The notes under the pieces are model-generated. The model ran no database searches. It saw nothing but the letters and a program-made list of their open reading frames with translations, and was not told where the DNA came from. DNA of 64,000 nucleotides from Bryobacterales bacterium (lineage in GTDB: Bacteria; Acidobacteriota; Terriglobia; Bryobacterales; Bryobacteraceae). Position numbers and translations under genes: made by a program. Shown in pieces: positions 45,432 to 54,394 of the stretch. The stretch covers positions 18,229 through 82,228 of the forward strand of contig PLRS01000090.1 in NCBI GenBank assembly GCA_003164035.1, given 5' to 3'. Numbering within the stretch: the stretch's first letter is position 1; every line of letters begins with the position of its first letter.

Positions 45432-46604
45432 ATGGCTCATATTGCTTCCTCGGTGGAACGGGTTCCGCATTCGCGCATTCGGGAACTGGCGGAGATCGCC
45501 ATGCGGATGGATGGAGTGCTGCGGCTGTACTTCGGCGAATCGAACCAACCCACGCCGGAGTACATCAAGCAGGCGGCTTGGCGCGCCATGGAGGAGGGGT
45601 ACACGTTTTACACCGAAAACGCGGGGTTGCCTTCGCTGCGGCGCGCGATTGCCACTCATCACCGGTTGCGGCAGAACGTGGAGCTCGATCCGGAAACCGA
45701 GATCGTGGTGACGGCATCGGGAGTGCAGGCGCTGCACATGGGCATTCGCACGGTGCTCGACCCGGGCGACGAGGCGCTGGTGCTGACGCCGGCGTGGCCC
45801 AACGGAGCTTCCATTGTGGCCATGGCAAACGCGCGCGCGGTGGAGGTGCCGCAGCCGCTCAATGGCCGTTATTCCATCGATTTCCCGGCGCTTGAAGCCG
45901 CCGTCAACCCGCGCACGCGGCTGTTGGTATACATTTCGCCTTCGAATCCGCTGGGCTGGGTGGCTACCGAAGAGGAACAGCGGCAACTGCTCGATTTCGC
46001 GCGCCGCCACGATCTGTGGCTGCTGGCCGATGAAGTGTACGACCGGCTCTACTGGAAGGGAGCCGAAGCGCTCCAGCCCGCTCCGTCGATTCTGCGTCTG
46101 GCCACGCGCCAGGACGCGGTGATGGTGGTGCAATCCTTTTCGAAGAGTTACTGCATGACCGGTTGGCGGCTGGGGTACCTGGTGAGCCGGCGCGACGCGA
46201 TCTCGAAGGCCACCCAGTTGAACGAATTCGTGGTTTCGCACGCCCCCAGCTTCACCCAAAAGGCGGGCGAAACCGCCCTGGCGGAAGGGGAAGCGCCGCT
46301 GCGGGAAATGCTCGCGCGGCTGCGTCAAAATCGCGATCTCTGTCTGGAGGCGCTGGGCGCGGTGCCCGGCGTCACCGTGCCGGCGCCAGAAGGGGCTTTC
46401 TACGTGTTCCCGCGCATCGATGGAGCGTCCGATTCGTTCGCGCTGGCCAAACGGCTGTTGCTCGAAACCCGCGTGGGCGTGGCGCCGGGCGTGGCGTTCG
46501 GCGCGGGCGGGGAAGGCTCGCTGCGCATCTGCTACGCCGCCAGCCTGGAAGTCCTGGAGCCGGCCCTGGAGCGGATTCAAAAGTTCTTGCGCGCCGGGGC
46601 GTAG
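45432..46604 (+). CDS. class I/II PLP-dependent (aspartate-type) aminotransferase
   Basis: SPSNPLGW, and the SFSKSYCMTGWRLGY PLP-lysine region. Confidence 0.85.
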   Translation: MAHIASSVERVPHSRIRELAEIAMRMDGVLRLYFGESNQPTPEYIKQAAWRAMEEGYTFYTENAGLPSLRRAIATHHRLRQNVELDPETEIVVTASGVQALHMGIRTVLDPGDEALVLTPAWPNGASIVAMANARAVEVPQPLNGRYSIDFPALEAAVNPRTRLLVYISPSNPLGWVATEEEQRQLLDFARRHDLWLLADEVYDRLYWKGAEALQPAPSILRLATRQDAVMVVQSFSKSYCMTGWRLGYLVSRRDAISKATQLNEFVVSHAPSFTQKAGETALAEGEAPLREMLARLRQNRDLCLEALGAVPGVTVPAPEGAFYVFPRIDGASDSFALAKRLLLETRVGVAPGVAFGAGGEGSLRICYAASLEVLEPALERIQKFLRAGA

Positions 46605-46648
46605 TTCGTTCATGATAAACAGGATCTAGATCGGTGAAAGGAACGGGC

Positions 46649-47053
46649 ATGTTTAAAGGCTTCAAAGACTTCCTGATGCGCGGCAACGTGGTGGACCTGG
46701 CGGTCGCCGTGATCATCGGCGGCGCATTCGGCAAAGTGGTGACGGCGCTCACCACGGATTTTCTGACGCCCTTAATCGGGATATTCGGCGGTACGCCGGA
46801 TTTCAAGGGCGTTGTCTTTACCCTGAATGGCAGCAAGTTCTTGGCCGGCGATTTTGTGGACGCGGTGATCGCTTTTATCATGGTGGCGGCAACCATTTAC
46901 TTCTTCATCGTGGCGCCCATGAACGCCCTCGCGGCGCGGCGCAAGCGCGGTGAAGTGCCGCCGGATCCGACGACCAAGAAATGCCCCGAGTGCTTGAGCG
47001 AGATCCCCCTGGCGGCGCGCCGCTGCGCTTTCTGCACCAGCACGGTGAGCTAG
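46649..47053 (+). CDS. mscL: large-conductance mechanosensitive channel with C-terminal CxxC...CxxC tail
   Basis: MFKGFKDFLMRGNVVDLAVAVIIGGAFG signature. The tail reads KKCPECLSEIPLAARRCAFC. Confidence 0.9.
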   Translation: MFKGFKDFLMRGNVVDLAVAVIIGGAFGKVVTALTTDFLTPLIGIFGGTPDFKGVVFTLNGSKFLAGDFVDAVIAFIMVAATIYFFIVAPMNALAARRKRGEVPPDPTTKKCPECLSEIPLAARRCAFCTSTVS

Positions 47054-47056
47054 CCG

Positions 47057-48454
47057 ATGAGAACCGGCGGGCGGTGGTTGGCGGTTCTGATTCCAGGGCT
47101 CGTCCTATACTTCATTCCGGTGCTGGGCCTGAACCCGGTGCAGGCTCATTTACTGGCGATTTTTGTCGCCACCATCGTGGCGCTGGTGGCGCAGCCGGTT
47201 CCCATGGGCGTGTCGGTGCTGATTGCGCTTACCTTGCTGGATTTCACCGGCACGCTCGCGCCGGGCAAGATTTTCTCCGGATTTTCGAACGTCACGGTCT
47301 GGCTGATTTTCACCGCATTCCTGTTTGCGCGCGCCGTAACCGGCACGGGTTTCGGGGCGCGGGTCGGTTACCTGTTTGTCAGCCGGTTCGGGCGTAGTTC
47401 GCTTTCGCTCGGGTATTCGGTGGCCGCGTCCGACCTGGTGCTGGCGCCGTTCGTTCCTTCCGATACGGCCCGCGGCGGCGGCATCGTCTTCCCCATCGCG
47501 CGCAGCATCGCCACCGAGTTCGGCTCCGAGCCTGGACCGACCGCCGGCCGCATGGGCACGTTTCTGATGCTGTCTTCATTTCACACAACGTATACGGCGT
47601 CGGCCATGTTTCTAACCAGCATGGCGGCCAATCCCCTGATCGCCGACTTTGCGCGCCGTATCGGCCACGTGGAACTGACCTGGGTGCGCTGGTTTTCCGG
47701 TTCGGTGGTGCCGGGTTTCCTGAGTCTGGCCATTGTTCCCTGGGTGATTCACAAGTTCTTTCCCCCGGAGATTCGCGACATGGCTCCGGCGCGGGAACTG
47801 GCGCGGCGGGAACTGGAGAGGATGGGGCCGATGCGCCGCCCCGAAAAGTCTCTGCTGGTGGTGATCGTCGGGGTCATGGCCGGCTGGGTGACCTCTCCCT
47901 GGCACAGTATTCCCAATACGTTCGTGGCGCTAGCCGGGGTGTGCGCACTACTGCTTCTGCGGGTGCTCACCTGGGAAGAACTGTTGGGGGAAAAGCGCGC
48001 CTGGGACGCGCTGGTGTGGTTCGCGGCCATGCTCATGATGTCCGACCAACTCAATGAAACCGGTGTGATCAAGATTTTCTCCGCCCGCCTGTTCAGCCAC
48101 CTGGCGGGTTGGCCGTGGATCCTATCGCTGGTCGTGCTGGTGGCCGCCTATAACTACATCCATTACGGTTTCGCCAGCATGACGGCCCAAGTGACGGCGC
48201 TTTACCCGGGCTTTCTGGCCGCGGCCCTGGCGGCCGGCGTTCCGCCGCTTCTGGCCGCGCTGCCGTTGGGCTATTTCTCGAGTCTGAACGCCGCCATGAC
48301 GCACTATGGCACCGGTTCGGCGCCGGTATTCTTTGCCGGCGGCTACGTGAAGCAAGCCGCGTGGTGGCGGATCGGGCTGGTGATCTCGCTGGTGAATATG
48401 GCGATCTGGATGGGCGTCGGGATGTGGTGGTGGAAGCTGATCGGGTTGTGGTGA
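47057..48454 (+). CDS. DASS-family anion:sodium symporter
   Basis: 465 aa, polytopic. The SDTARGGGIVFPI and HYGTGSAPVFF hairpin-loop-like motifs are typical of DASS/SLC13. Confidence 0.75.
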   Translation: MRTGGRWLAVLIPGLVLYFIPVLGLNPVQAHLLAIFVATIVALVAQPVPMGVSVLIALTLLDFTGTLAPGKIFSGFSNVTVWLIFTAFLFARAVTGTGFGARVGYLFVSRFGRSSLSLGYSVAASDLVLAPFVPSDTARGGGIVFPIARSIATEFGSEPGPTAGRMGTFLMLSSFHTTYTASAMFLTSMAANPLIADFARRIGHVELTWVRWFSGSVVPGFLSLAIVPWVIHKFFPPEIRDMAPARELARRELERMGPMRRPEKSLLVVIVGVMAGWVTSPWHSIPNTFVALAGVCALLLLRVLTWEELLGEKRAWDALVWFAAMLMMSDQLNETGVIKIFSARLFSHLAGWPWILSLVVLVAAYNYIHYGFASMTAQVTALYPGFLAAALAAGVPPLLAALPLGYFSSLNAAMTHYGTGSAPVFFAGGYVKQAAWWRIGLVISLVNMAIWMGVGMWWWKLIGLW

Positions 48455-48486
48455 AGGATATAGCTTCCCGTCGGGAAATCACCGTT

Positions 48487-48924
48487 CTATTCAGCGGCAA
48501 CCGCTCCCTTACAGTCGCGGTTCCGGCTCGTGGCCTCACGCTCGTATTCGATCGGATCGCCGAAACCGACGTCGTCCACGCCCAGGCCTCGCAGAACGGC
48601 CGCGGCGGTGAGCCGCCGGTAGGAGTTGAACGTGATCAGGTGCGCCAGCATGCCGCCGAAGGTAAAGCTCTCGGGCGGCTGGCACAATTCGTCGACGAAG
48701 GTATCGTCCCAGCCGCCGCGCGAGCGCACCGTCGACAACACGCGCTGGAATTGGGAATCGGCTTGCTCGTAACGGGCCAGCATCTCCGCCGGGCTGAGCC
48801 GCCGCTTCCTCTCGGGCACCGGGCTGGCGGCGATGGCCGCCGTCCACACCTCGCCGACCGTATCGGGCGATTCCGCCACCACCTGCCGCAGCCGTTCCGC
48901 CTCGCGTTGTCTCTTCACCCTCAA
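48487..48924 (-). CDS. DinB-family-like protein (possibly N-truncated; C-terminus encoded by a repeat arm)
   Basis: GGMLAHLITFNSYRRLTAAAVLRGLG resembles the DinB helical bundle. The last roughly 12 codons lie in the family A arm at 48498..48523. Confidence 0.45.
   Translation of the reverse strand: MRVKRQREAERLRQVVAESPDTVGEVWTAAIAASPVPERKRRLSPAEMLARYEQADSQFQRVLSTVRSRGGWDDTFVDELCQPPESFTFGGMLAHLITFNSYRRLTAAAVLRGLGVDDVGFGDPIEYEREATSRNRDCKGAVAAE
48498..48523. repeat. Family A repeat, single arm
   Basis: CAACCGCTCCCTTACAGTCGCGGTTC. Confidence 0.75.
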
Positions 48925-49005
48925 TTGGCTTCCTGGCAGAATCGTATCACCACCAGCGTGGAACGCGCCTGATCTTTCGTCCCAAAATTGTCGGCCGGCG
49001 ATGGT

Positions 49006-49109
49006 GCCCTAAGTTGTGGGGCGGGCAATTTGCCCGCGGCTCTTTCGGGGCGCGGCCGAGTCTTCCTGCCATGCGAGTGCCGGCTAAGAGCCGGCTGCCG
49101 CCAGGATTG
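49006..49109. repeat. Family C palindromic element (GTGGGGCGGGCAAT ... ATTGGCCGCCCCAC)
   Basis: Terminal inverted repeats with one mismatch, read directly. Confidence 0.8.
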
Positions 49110-49177
49110 GCCGCCCCACAATTTGTGCCCAATGCCGCCGGGACGAAGAGTGCCGCCTGAGGTATCATGTCACCTAT

Positions 49178-49516
49178 ATGCGTATACTGCTGCTTTCGCT
49201 GTTGTGTTTGATTCCGATTTGCGCCGCGCCTCCGCAAGGCGGTGGCGGGCCCAAAAACCTGAAGCTGTTGAAGCCCGAGGACCTGCGCGCCGGGATTATG
49301 CACGTCTATACCGTCTCGCTGGGTGTACACTGCGATTTCTGCCACGTACAGGATCGTGCCAGCGACGAGAATCCACATAAGAACGTTGCGCGCCATATGA
49401 TCGAGATCACCCGCGACATCAATAGCAAGTTCTCGGATGGCAAGGAGCACGTGACCTGCTTCACCTGTCACCGCGGAGCGCAAGAGCCGCTAACGGCGCC
49501 TCCCGCGGCCCAGTAA
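49178..49516 (+). CDS. small secreted c-type cytochrome (reaction-centre cytochrome c-like)
   Basis: Signal peptide and two CxxCH motifs (CDFCH, CFTCH). Confidence 0.75.
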   Translation: MRILLLSLLCLIPICAAPPQGGGGPKNLKLLKPEDLRAGIMHVYTVSLGVHCDFCHVQDRASDENPHKNVARHMIEITRDINSKFSDGKEHVTCFTCHRGAQEPLTAPPAAQ

Positions 49517-49900
49517 TAGCGTTCGAGGATGGATACGCTGGAATAGCCGCCGCTGAACCTATAGCGGCAACTGCTCGCTGTCGCGGCGGAGCCGGAATTG
49601 ACCGGGAGGCTCTGGAACGGCGCCGGCAACGGCTCCCTCAGAAGCAGACGTACGCTTTGGCGGCCCTAAGGAGCCGTGAAAAAACAAATCGCAGGCTGTT
49701 CCACGGGGTAGCATAGCCTCGAACAAAGACACCGGTGACAAAGATCGCCGGCGCTACGGAAGACAAGAACGTCGGCTTGAAAGGCCGACGCCGCGGACTT
49801 GGCAGTCCGCGCCACGAAGATTCGTGCAAGGAACAGGGCGCTTTGACGTTCTATGTTGGTTTTTGGACAACCAATTGCCAACTCGAACGTATAAACCAAC

Positions 49901-51166
49901 ATGACCAGAGCCGTGCTTTTACTGTTCTTGCCGGTGTTCGCCTGGGCGGCGGATGTGACGGGCCAATGGAATGCGCACTTTATCCGCTTCGGAGACGAGT
50001 TCGCGGCGGCGCGGGTGGAGCTGAAAGCCGACGGCGGGAAGCTGATGGGGGGCCTGAACGAGCTGAAACTGGAGGGGACCATTGAGGGCGATCGGCTGAC
50101 GATCACCGCGACCCGCCCGGATCACACGGAATGGGGCAAGCTGGACGGCCAGGTGCAGGGGGACGACATTACCGGCACGGGCACCCAGGGGCAGGATGAG
50201 TTCACCTGGAAAGCGCACCGGGCCGCGGAAATTCATGCCGCGCCGGAAATCCACACGTTTGAGCCCAGCGCTTTCCACCGCGCATTTTCCGGCGCCATTC
50301 CGCCGGTGCTGCACATCAACCCGGGCGATACCGTTAAGACCACCACGGTGGACGCCGGCGGCCGCGATGCCAATGGCGTCAGGCGCTCGATGGGCGGCAA
50401 TCCGGAAACCGGGCCGTTTTTCGTGGAAGGGGCGATGCCGGGGGACACGCTGGCGATCCACTTCGGCCGCATCCGCCTGAATCGCGATTCGGCCGGCAGC
50501 GGCGACCGCATCGTTGCCAGCGCCGTCGAGGCGGGTTACTATCGCGATGCCAAGTTCGACGAGAAGTTCAGCAGCGATTGGGCGCTCGACCGGACGGCGG
50601 GGGTCGCCACGCTGGCGAAGCCGACCGAACGGCTGAAGAACTTCAAGGTGAACCTGCAGCCCATGCTCGGGTGTGTGGGCGTGGCGCCCCCGGCCAATCA
50701 ATCTTTTCGCTCCGGCTGGCTGGGATCGTGGGGCGGCAACATGGATTACAGCGGGCTGCGCGAGGGAGTGACGGTGTACCTGCCGGTCTATCGGGAGGGC
50801 GCGCTGCTGTTCGTCGGCGATGGGCACGCGGTCGAAGGCGACGGGGAGTTGAACGGAGACGCGCTGGAAACTTCGATGGAGGTGGAGTTCACCGTCGACC
50901 TGGTTCGCGGCAAGAGCAGCCAGGGGCCGCGGTTTGAAGACGCGGAATACCTGATGGCATCGGGCATTGCCGGGTCGCTGACGGACGCTTTGCAGCAAGC
51001 CACCACCGAACTGGCGCGCTGGCTCGAACGCGACTATAAGCTCTCGGCGAACGAATCGAACATCGTGCTGGGGACCTCGATCCGCTACGACATTGCCGAG
51101 GTGGTGGATCCGCAGGTTCACGTAGTGGCGAAAGTGAGCAAGGCGGTGCTGGCAACGCTCCAGTAG
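49901..51166 (+). CDS. acetamidase/formamidase-family protein (secreted)
   Basis: HINPGDTVKTTTVDA and GPFFVEGAMPGDTLAIH blocks. N-terminal signal. Confidence 0.8.
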   Translation: MTRAVLLLFLPVFAWAADVTGQWNAHFIRFGDEFAAARVELKADGGKLMGGLNELKLEGTIEGDRLTITATRPDHTEWGKLDGQVQGDDITGTGTQGQDEFTWKAHRAAEIHAAPEIHTFEPSAFHRAFSGAIPPVLHINPGDTVKTTTVDAGGRDANGVRRSMGGNPETGPFFVEGAMPGDTLAIHFGRIRLNRDSAGSGDRIVASAVEAGYYRDAKFDEKFSSDWALDRTAGVATLAKPTERLKNFKVNLQPMLGCVGVAPPANQSFRSGWLGSWGGNMDYSGLREGVTVYLPVYREGALLFVGDGHAVEGDGELNGDALETSMEVEFTVDLVRGKSSQGPRFEDAEYLMASGIAGSLTDALQQATTELARWLERDYKLSANESNIVLGTSIRYDIAEVVDPQVHVVAKVSKAVLATLQ

Positions 51167-51215
51167 CGCACCCTTCTAAAATTCAAAAGGTGCGAACATA
51201 GCCTCAGGAGAACTG

Positions 51216-51797
51216 ATGGCTACCAAGAAACTACTGATGCTGGTCGGCGATTACGTGGAAGATTACGAAGCGATGGTTCCGTTCCAGGCGCTTCTGATGG
51301 TGGGGCACGTTGTGCATGCGGTCTGTCCGAACAAGCGGGCGGGCGATTCGGTGCGGACCGCCATCCACGATTTCGAGGGCGACCAGACCTACAGCGAGAA
51401 ACGCGGTCACAACTTCGCTCTGAACGCCACGTTCGACGAAGTTCGCCCCGAGGATTACGACGGGCTGGTGATTCCCGGCGGGCGGGCGCCGGAGTACCTG
51501 CGGCTCAATCCGCGCGTGCTTGAAATCGTGCGCCACTTCGCGGATTCCGGCAAACCGATTGCCGCCATCTGTCACGCGGCGCAGATACTCGCCGCGGCGG
51601 GTGTGCTGCGGGGCAAATCGTGCAGTTGCTATCCGGCCGTGGGCCCGGAGGTCGTCGCCGCCGGCGGTACATATGCGGATATCGCGATCGATCAGGCGTA
51701 CACCAGCGGGACGCTGGTTACGGCACCGGCATGGCCGGCGCATCCGGCCTGGATCGCTCAATTTCTGAAGGTTCTGGGGACACGGATCGAGCCGTAG
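51216..51797 (+). CDS. DJ-1/PfpI-family protein
   Basis: [11 protein letters not shown] and the nucleophile elbow [11 protein letters not shown]. Confidence 0.85.
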   Translation: MATKKLLMLVGDYVEDYEAMVPFQALLMVGHVVHAVCPNKRAGDSVRTAIHDFEGDQTYSEKRGHNFALNATFDEVRPEDYDGLVIPGGRAPEYLRLNPRVLEIVRHFADSGKPIAAICHAAQILAAAGVLRGKSCSCYPAVGPEVVAAGGTYADIAIDQAYTSGTLVTAPAWPAHPAWIAQFLKVLGTRIEP

Positions 51798-51806
51798 ACC
51801 GGTTTG

Positions 51807-51824
51807 GTGGGGCGGACGCCCCAC
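51807..51824. repeat. Minimal family C palindrome GTGGGGCG-GA-CGCCCCAC (possible terminator or footprint)
   Basis: 18-nt palindrome 10 nt after the DJ-1 stop, followed by TGTTATT. Confidence 0.6.
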
Positions 51825-51868
51825 TGTTATTGCGGCGTCTTCCGAAATTGGACGAAGGCGGCGGCTAA

Positions 51869-52011
51869 GTACTCCATTTCGGAATTACGGCCACATAATG
51901 AGCAACCGCTCCCTAGCGGTCGCGGCTCGGTTTCGCGCGTTACCGAGCCGCGACCGCCAGGGAGCGGTTGCCCGGAAATACGTTAGCGAACTTATGAAGT
52001 CGTGTACTTAG
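51869..52011 (-). mobile_element. Composite MITE-like family A element, inverted copy of 36077..36220
   Basis: Both flanks and the palindromic core align by eye to the other copy in reverse complement. Confidence 0.65.
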
Positions 52012-52020
52012 TTTAGTGCA

Positions 52021-52053
52021 GGGCAGACCACAAAGGACGATGGTCTGCCCCAC
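52021..52053. repeat. Family B repeat, single hairpin unit
   Basis: GGGCAGACCACAAAGGACGATGGTCTGCCCCAC. Confidence 0.75.
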
Positions 52054-52077
52054 GAGAAGTGGGGAACGGGAGTCTCA

Positions 52078-53178
52078 ATGAATCGTCGGAGTTTTGTGAA
52101 AGCGGCGGCATCGGCGACAGCGGCCGCTTCCGCGGAAGCCTTAGCGGCGCCGCCGGCGGCGGCCACTCTGGAAACCAGGATTGTCCGTCTGAACCTGCAG
52201 CACGTCTGGACCACCACCATGTCGTCCAGCCAGTACCGCGACACGCTGTACACCAGCTTCACCCGCGACGGCATCACCGGGCACGGCGAAGGCGCCCCCA
52301 TCGTGCGCTATCACGAAGACGCGGTCTCGGCGCAGAAGGCGGCGGAAAGCGTGCGCGAGGTGCTGCTCGCGGCCGACCCCATGCAGTTCACCAAGACGAT
52401 GGCGGAGATCTTCCGGCGCGTTTCCGGCGCGTGGGCCGCGAAGGCGGCGCTCGATATCGCGCTGATGGATTGGGTTGGGCAGAAACTCGGCATCCCGCTG
52501 TACTCCTACTTCGGCCTGGACCCGCGGGACGCGCCTATAACCACATTTTCCATCGGCATCGACACTCCCGAAATCACCAGGCAGAAGACCAGGGAAGCGG
52601 CCGATTTTCCGGTGTTGAAAGTGAAGGTGGGCTTGGCGACCGACGAGCCGACCATCGAGGCCGTCCGCAGTGTGACCGACAAGCCGTTGCGGGTGGATGC
52701 CAACGAAGGCTGGAAAGACAAAGAAGAAGCCGTCCGCAAGATCAACTGGCTGGAGAAGCACGGGGTGGAGTTCATCGAACAGCCCATGCCGGCCGAGATG
52801 CTGGAAGAGACGCGGTGGGTGAGGAGCCGGGTACACATCCCGATCATGGCCGACGAAGCCTGCCAGCGGGCCTCGGACATTCCGAAGCTGAAGGAGTGCT
52901 TCGACGGGGTCAACGTCAAGCTGGACAAGAGCGGAGGCGTGCTGGAGGCGTATCGGATGATTGCCATGGCCAAATCGCTGGGCATGCGCACGATGCTCGG
53001 ATGCATGGTTTCGAGTTCGGTAAGCGTGACGGCGGCGGCGCACCTTTCGCCGCTGGTGGACTACGCCGATCTGGACGGCAACCTGCTGATCGCCAACGAC
53101 CCGTTCCGGGGGGTCTTAGTGGAGAAGGGGAAACTGATACTGCCGCGGGGGGCGGGACTAGGGCTGACGGCGGCGTAG
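52078..53178 (+). CDS. dipeptide (L-Ala-D/L-Glu-type) epimerase, enolase superfamily, with twin-arginine signal
   Basis: MNRRSFVKAAASATAAA Tat motif. KVKVG, RVDANEGW, IEQP and MADE blocks belong to the MR/MLE subgroup. Confidence 0.8.
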   Translation: MNRRSFVKAAASATAAASAEALAAPPAAATLETRIVRLNLQHVWTTTMSSSQYRDTLYTSFTRDGITGHGEGAPIVRYHEDAVSAQKAAESVREVLLAADPMQFTKTMAEIFRRVSGAWAAKAALDIALMDWVGQKLGIPLYSYFGLDPRDAPITTFSIGIDTPEITRQKTREAADFPVLKVKVGLATDEPTIEAVRSVTDKPLRVDANEGWKDKEEAVRKINWLEKHGVEFIEQPMPAEMLEETRWVRSRVHIPIMADEACQRASDIPKLKECFDGVNVKLDKSGGVLEAYRMIAMAKSLGMRTMLGCMVSSSVSVTAAAHLSPLVDYADLDGNLLIANDPFRGVLVEKGKLILPRGAGLGLTAA

Positions 53179-53479
53179 GGGCAAGCGCGGGCGGGGCATA
53201 AGCGTCAAAAATAACGCGATTTGCCAAAATAACCTCCGCTGCGGGATCCAGTCGCAGCCCCGTTTGGTTGCCATCTTCCAGGACGGCGTTTGAGACCACT
53301 TTCCGAGTAGCCGACGATCCACCCGGAAGGCTCGCCGGAGGCGACTCTGCCGGTTCGGCTTGTGTCGGCTGTACAAGCTGAGTGGAAAGTAGAATTGCAC
53401 GCCGATAAGTTGCCTGGTCGGCTCAGGCCACCCGTAGTGTCTGGCAAAATAACTAGACAGGTCCGTCGCGGTGCGAGGG

Positions 53480-53863
53480 TCAGGCCACTCGATAGATGTA
53501 GGCGTCTTCGCCTGCAACGTTCCGGCCCGGCCCGCCAGTGACGAGCAATCCCGCCCCCGCGCCTAGCGCCGCTAGGCGCACCTGCTGATAGCGAATGTCA
53601 TGCGGACTGAGAAGAAAGATTCTTTCCAGCGGGATTGAAATCGGCGCGCCCGAAGGGTTCATTAACATGACATCGAGCAGGGCGTAAAGCTGCCTCGGCC
53701 CGAGCGTTTCGACGGAGGGAGACACGATCACGAGCCGCCATTCGGTGGCGTCGTCGGCATATAGCCAGAACGCCGCTGTCACCGGGATCTTGGCGAGGTC
53801 CAGCTGCTCCAGAAGGCGCTCCCCGGACCGAATTTCAGTTTCTACCAAAACTTTCCGATACAT
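53480..53863 (-). CDS. hypothetical protein (partner of the HEPN gene)
   Basis: 127-aa ORF overlapping the upstream HEPN gene by 22 nt. No nucleotidyltransferase motif seen. Confidence 0.5.
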   Translation of the reverse strand: MYRKVLVETEIRSGERLLEQLDLAKIPVTAAFWLYADDATEWRLVIVSPSVETLGPRQLYALLDVMLMNPSGAPISIPLERIFLLSPHDIRYQQVRLAALGAGAGLLVTGGPGRNVAGEDAYIYRVA

Positions 53864-54285
53864 TTGAGGACTCCATGATTCGTGTCGGCAACGGCTGAAT
53901 AATAGTCTTGAGCCTCTTGTGCGCTGCGGGCCAACTGGTAGCGGCTCTCGGGCGTCCAGTTCTTCGCGATATTCCAGTTCTCCTTCAAGGCATCGTCCGC
54001 ATCCAGTTCATTGGCCCAGTCCAGCGAGAGCCCAGCAACCTTAACAAGGAATGGTAGGTCGCGACTGTAGAGATCGAGCCCTCCTCTTCCTACCCCCCGC
54101 TTTTCTGACCCCGGAAACTCAAAATCCGCCGTGTAGCGAAACAACTTGGCGACCGCCGCCTTCAATCCACACTCAACAGCATACCCGGAAATGTAGTAGG
54201 CGCCAGCGAACAACTGAGCGTTAAGCAGTGCCTCCCCATGCCTCAAATGGAGATTCGCCAAAGCCTGGAAATCAGCGCGATTCAT
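53842..54285 (-). CDS. HEPN-domain protein
   Basis: GAYYISGYAVECGLKAAV and NWTPESRY resemble PF05168-type HEPN helices. Confidence 0.6.
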   Translation of the reverse strand: MNRADFQALANLHLRHGEALLNAQLFAGAYYISGYAVECGLKAAVAKLFRYTADFEFPGSEKRGVGRGGLDLYSRDLPFLVKVAGLSLDWANELDADDALKENWNIAKNWTPESRYQLARSAQEAQDYYSAVADTNHGVLKCIGKFW

Positions 54286-54394
54286 AGGACAAACCGGTCA
54301 GCGTCCTTACGCCTCCATTATGCGGCAAATCGGCCAATCGTGCTTCCCATGGGGCATGTCGGTCCTTCCAGTCCCCGGGCGCCAGTACTACCCG

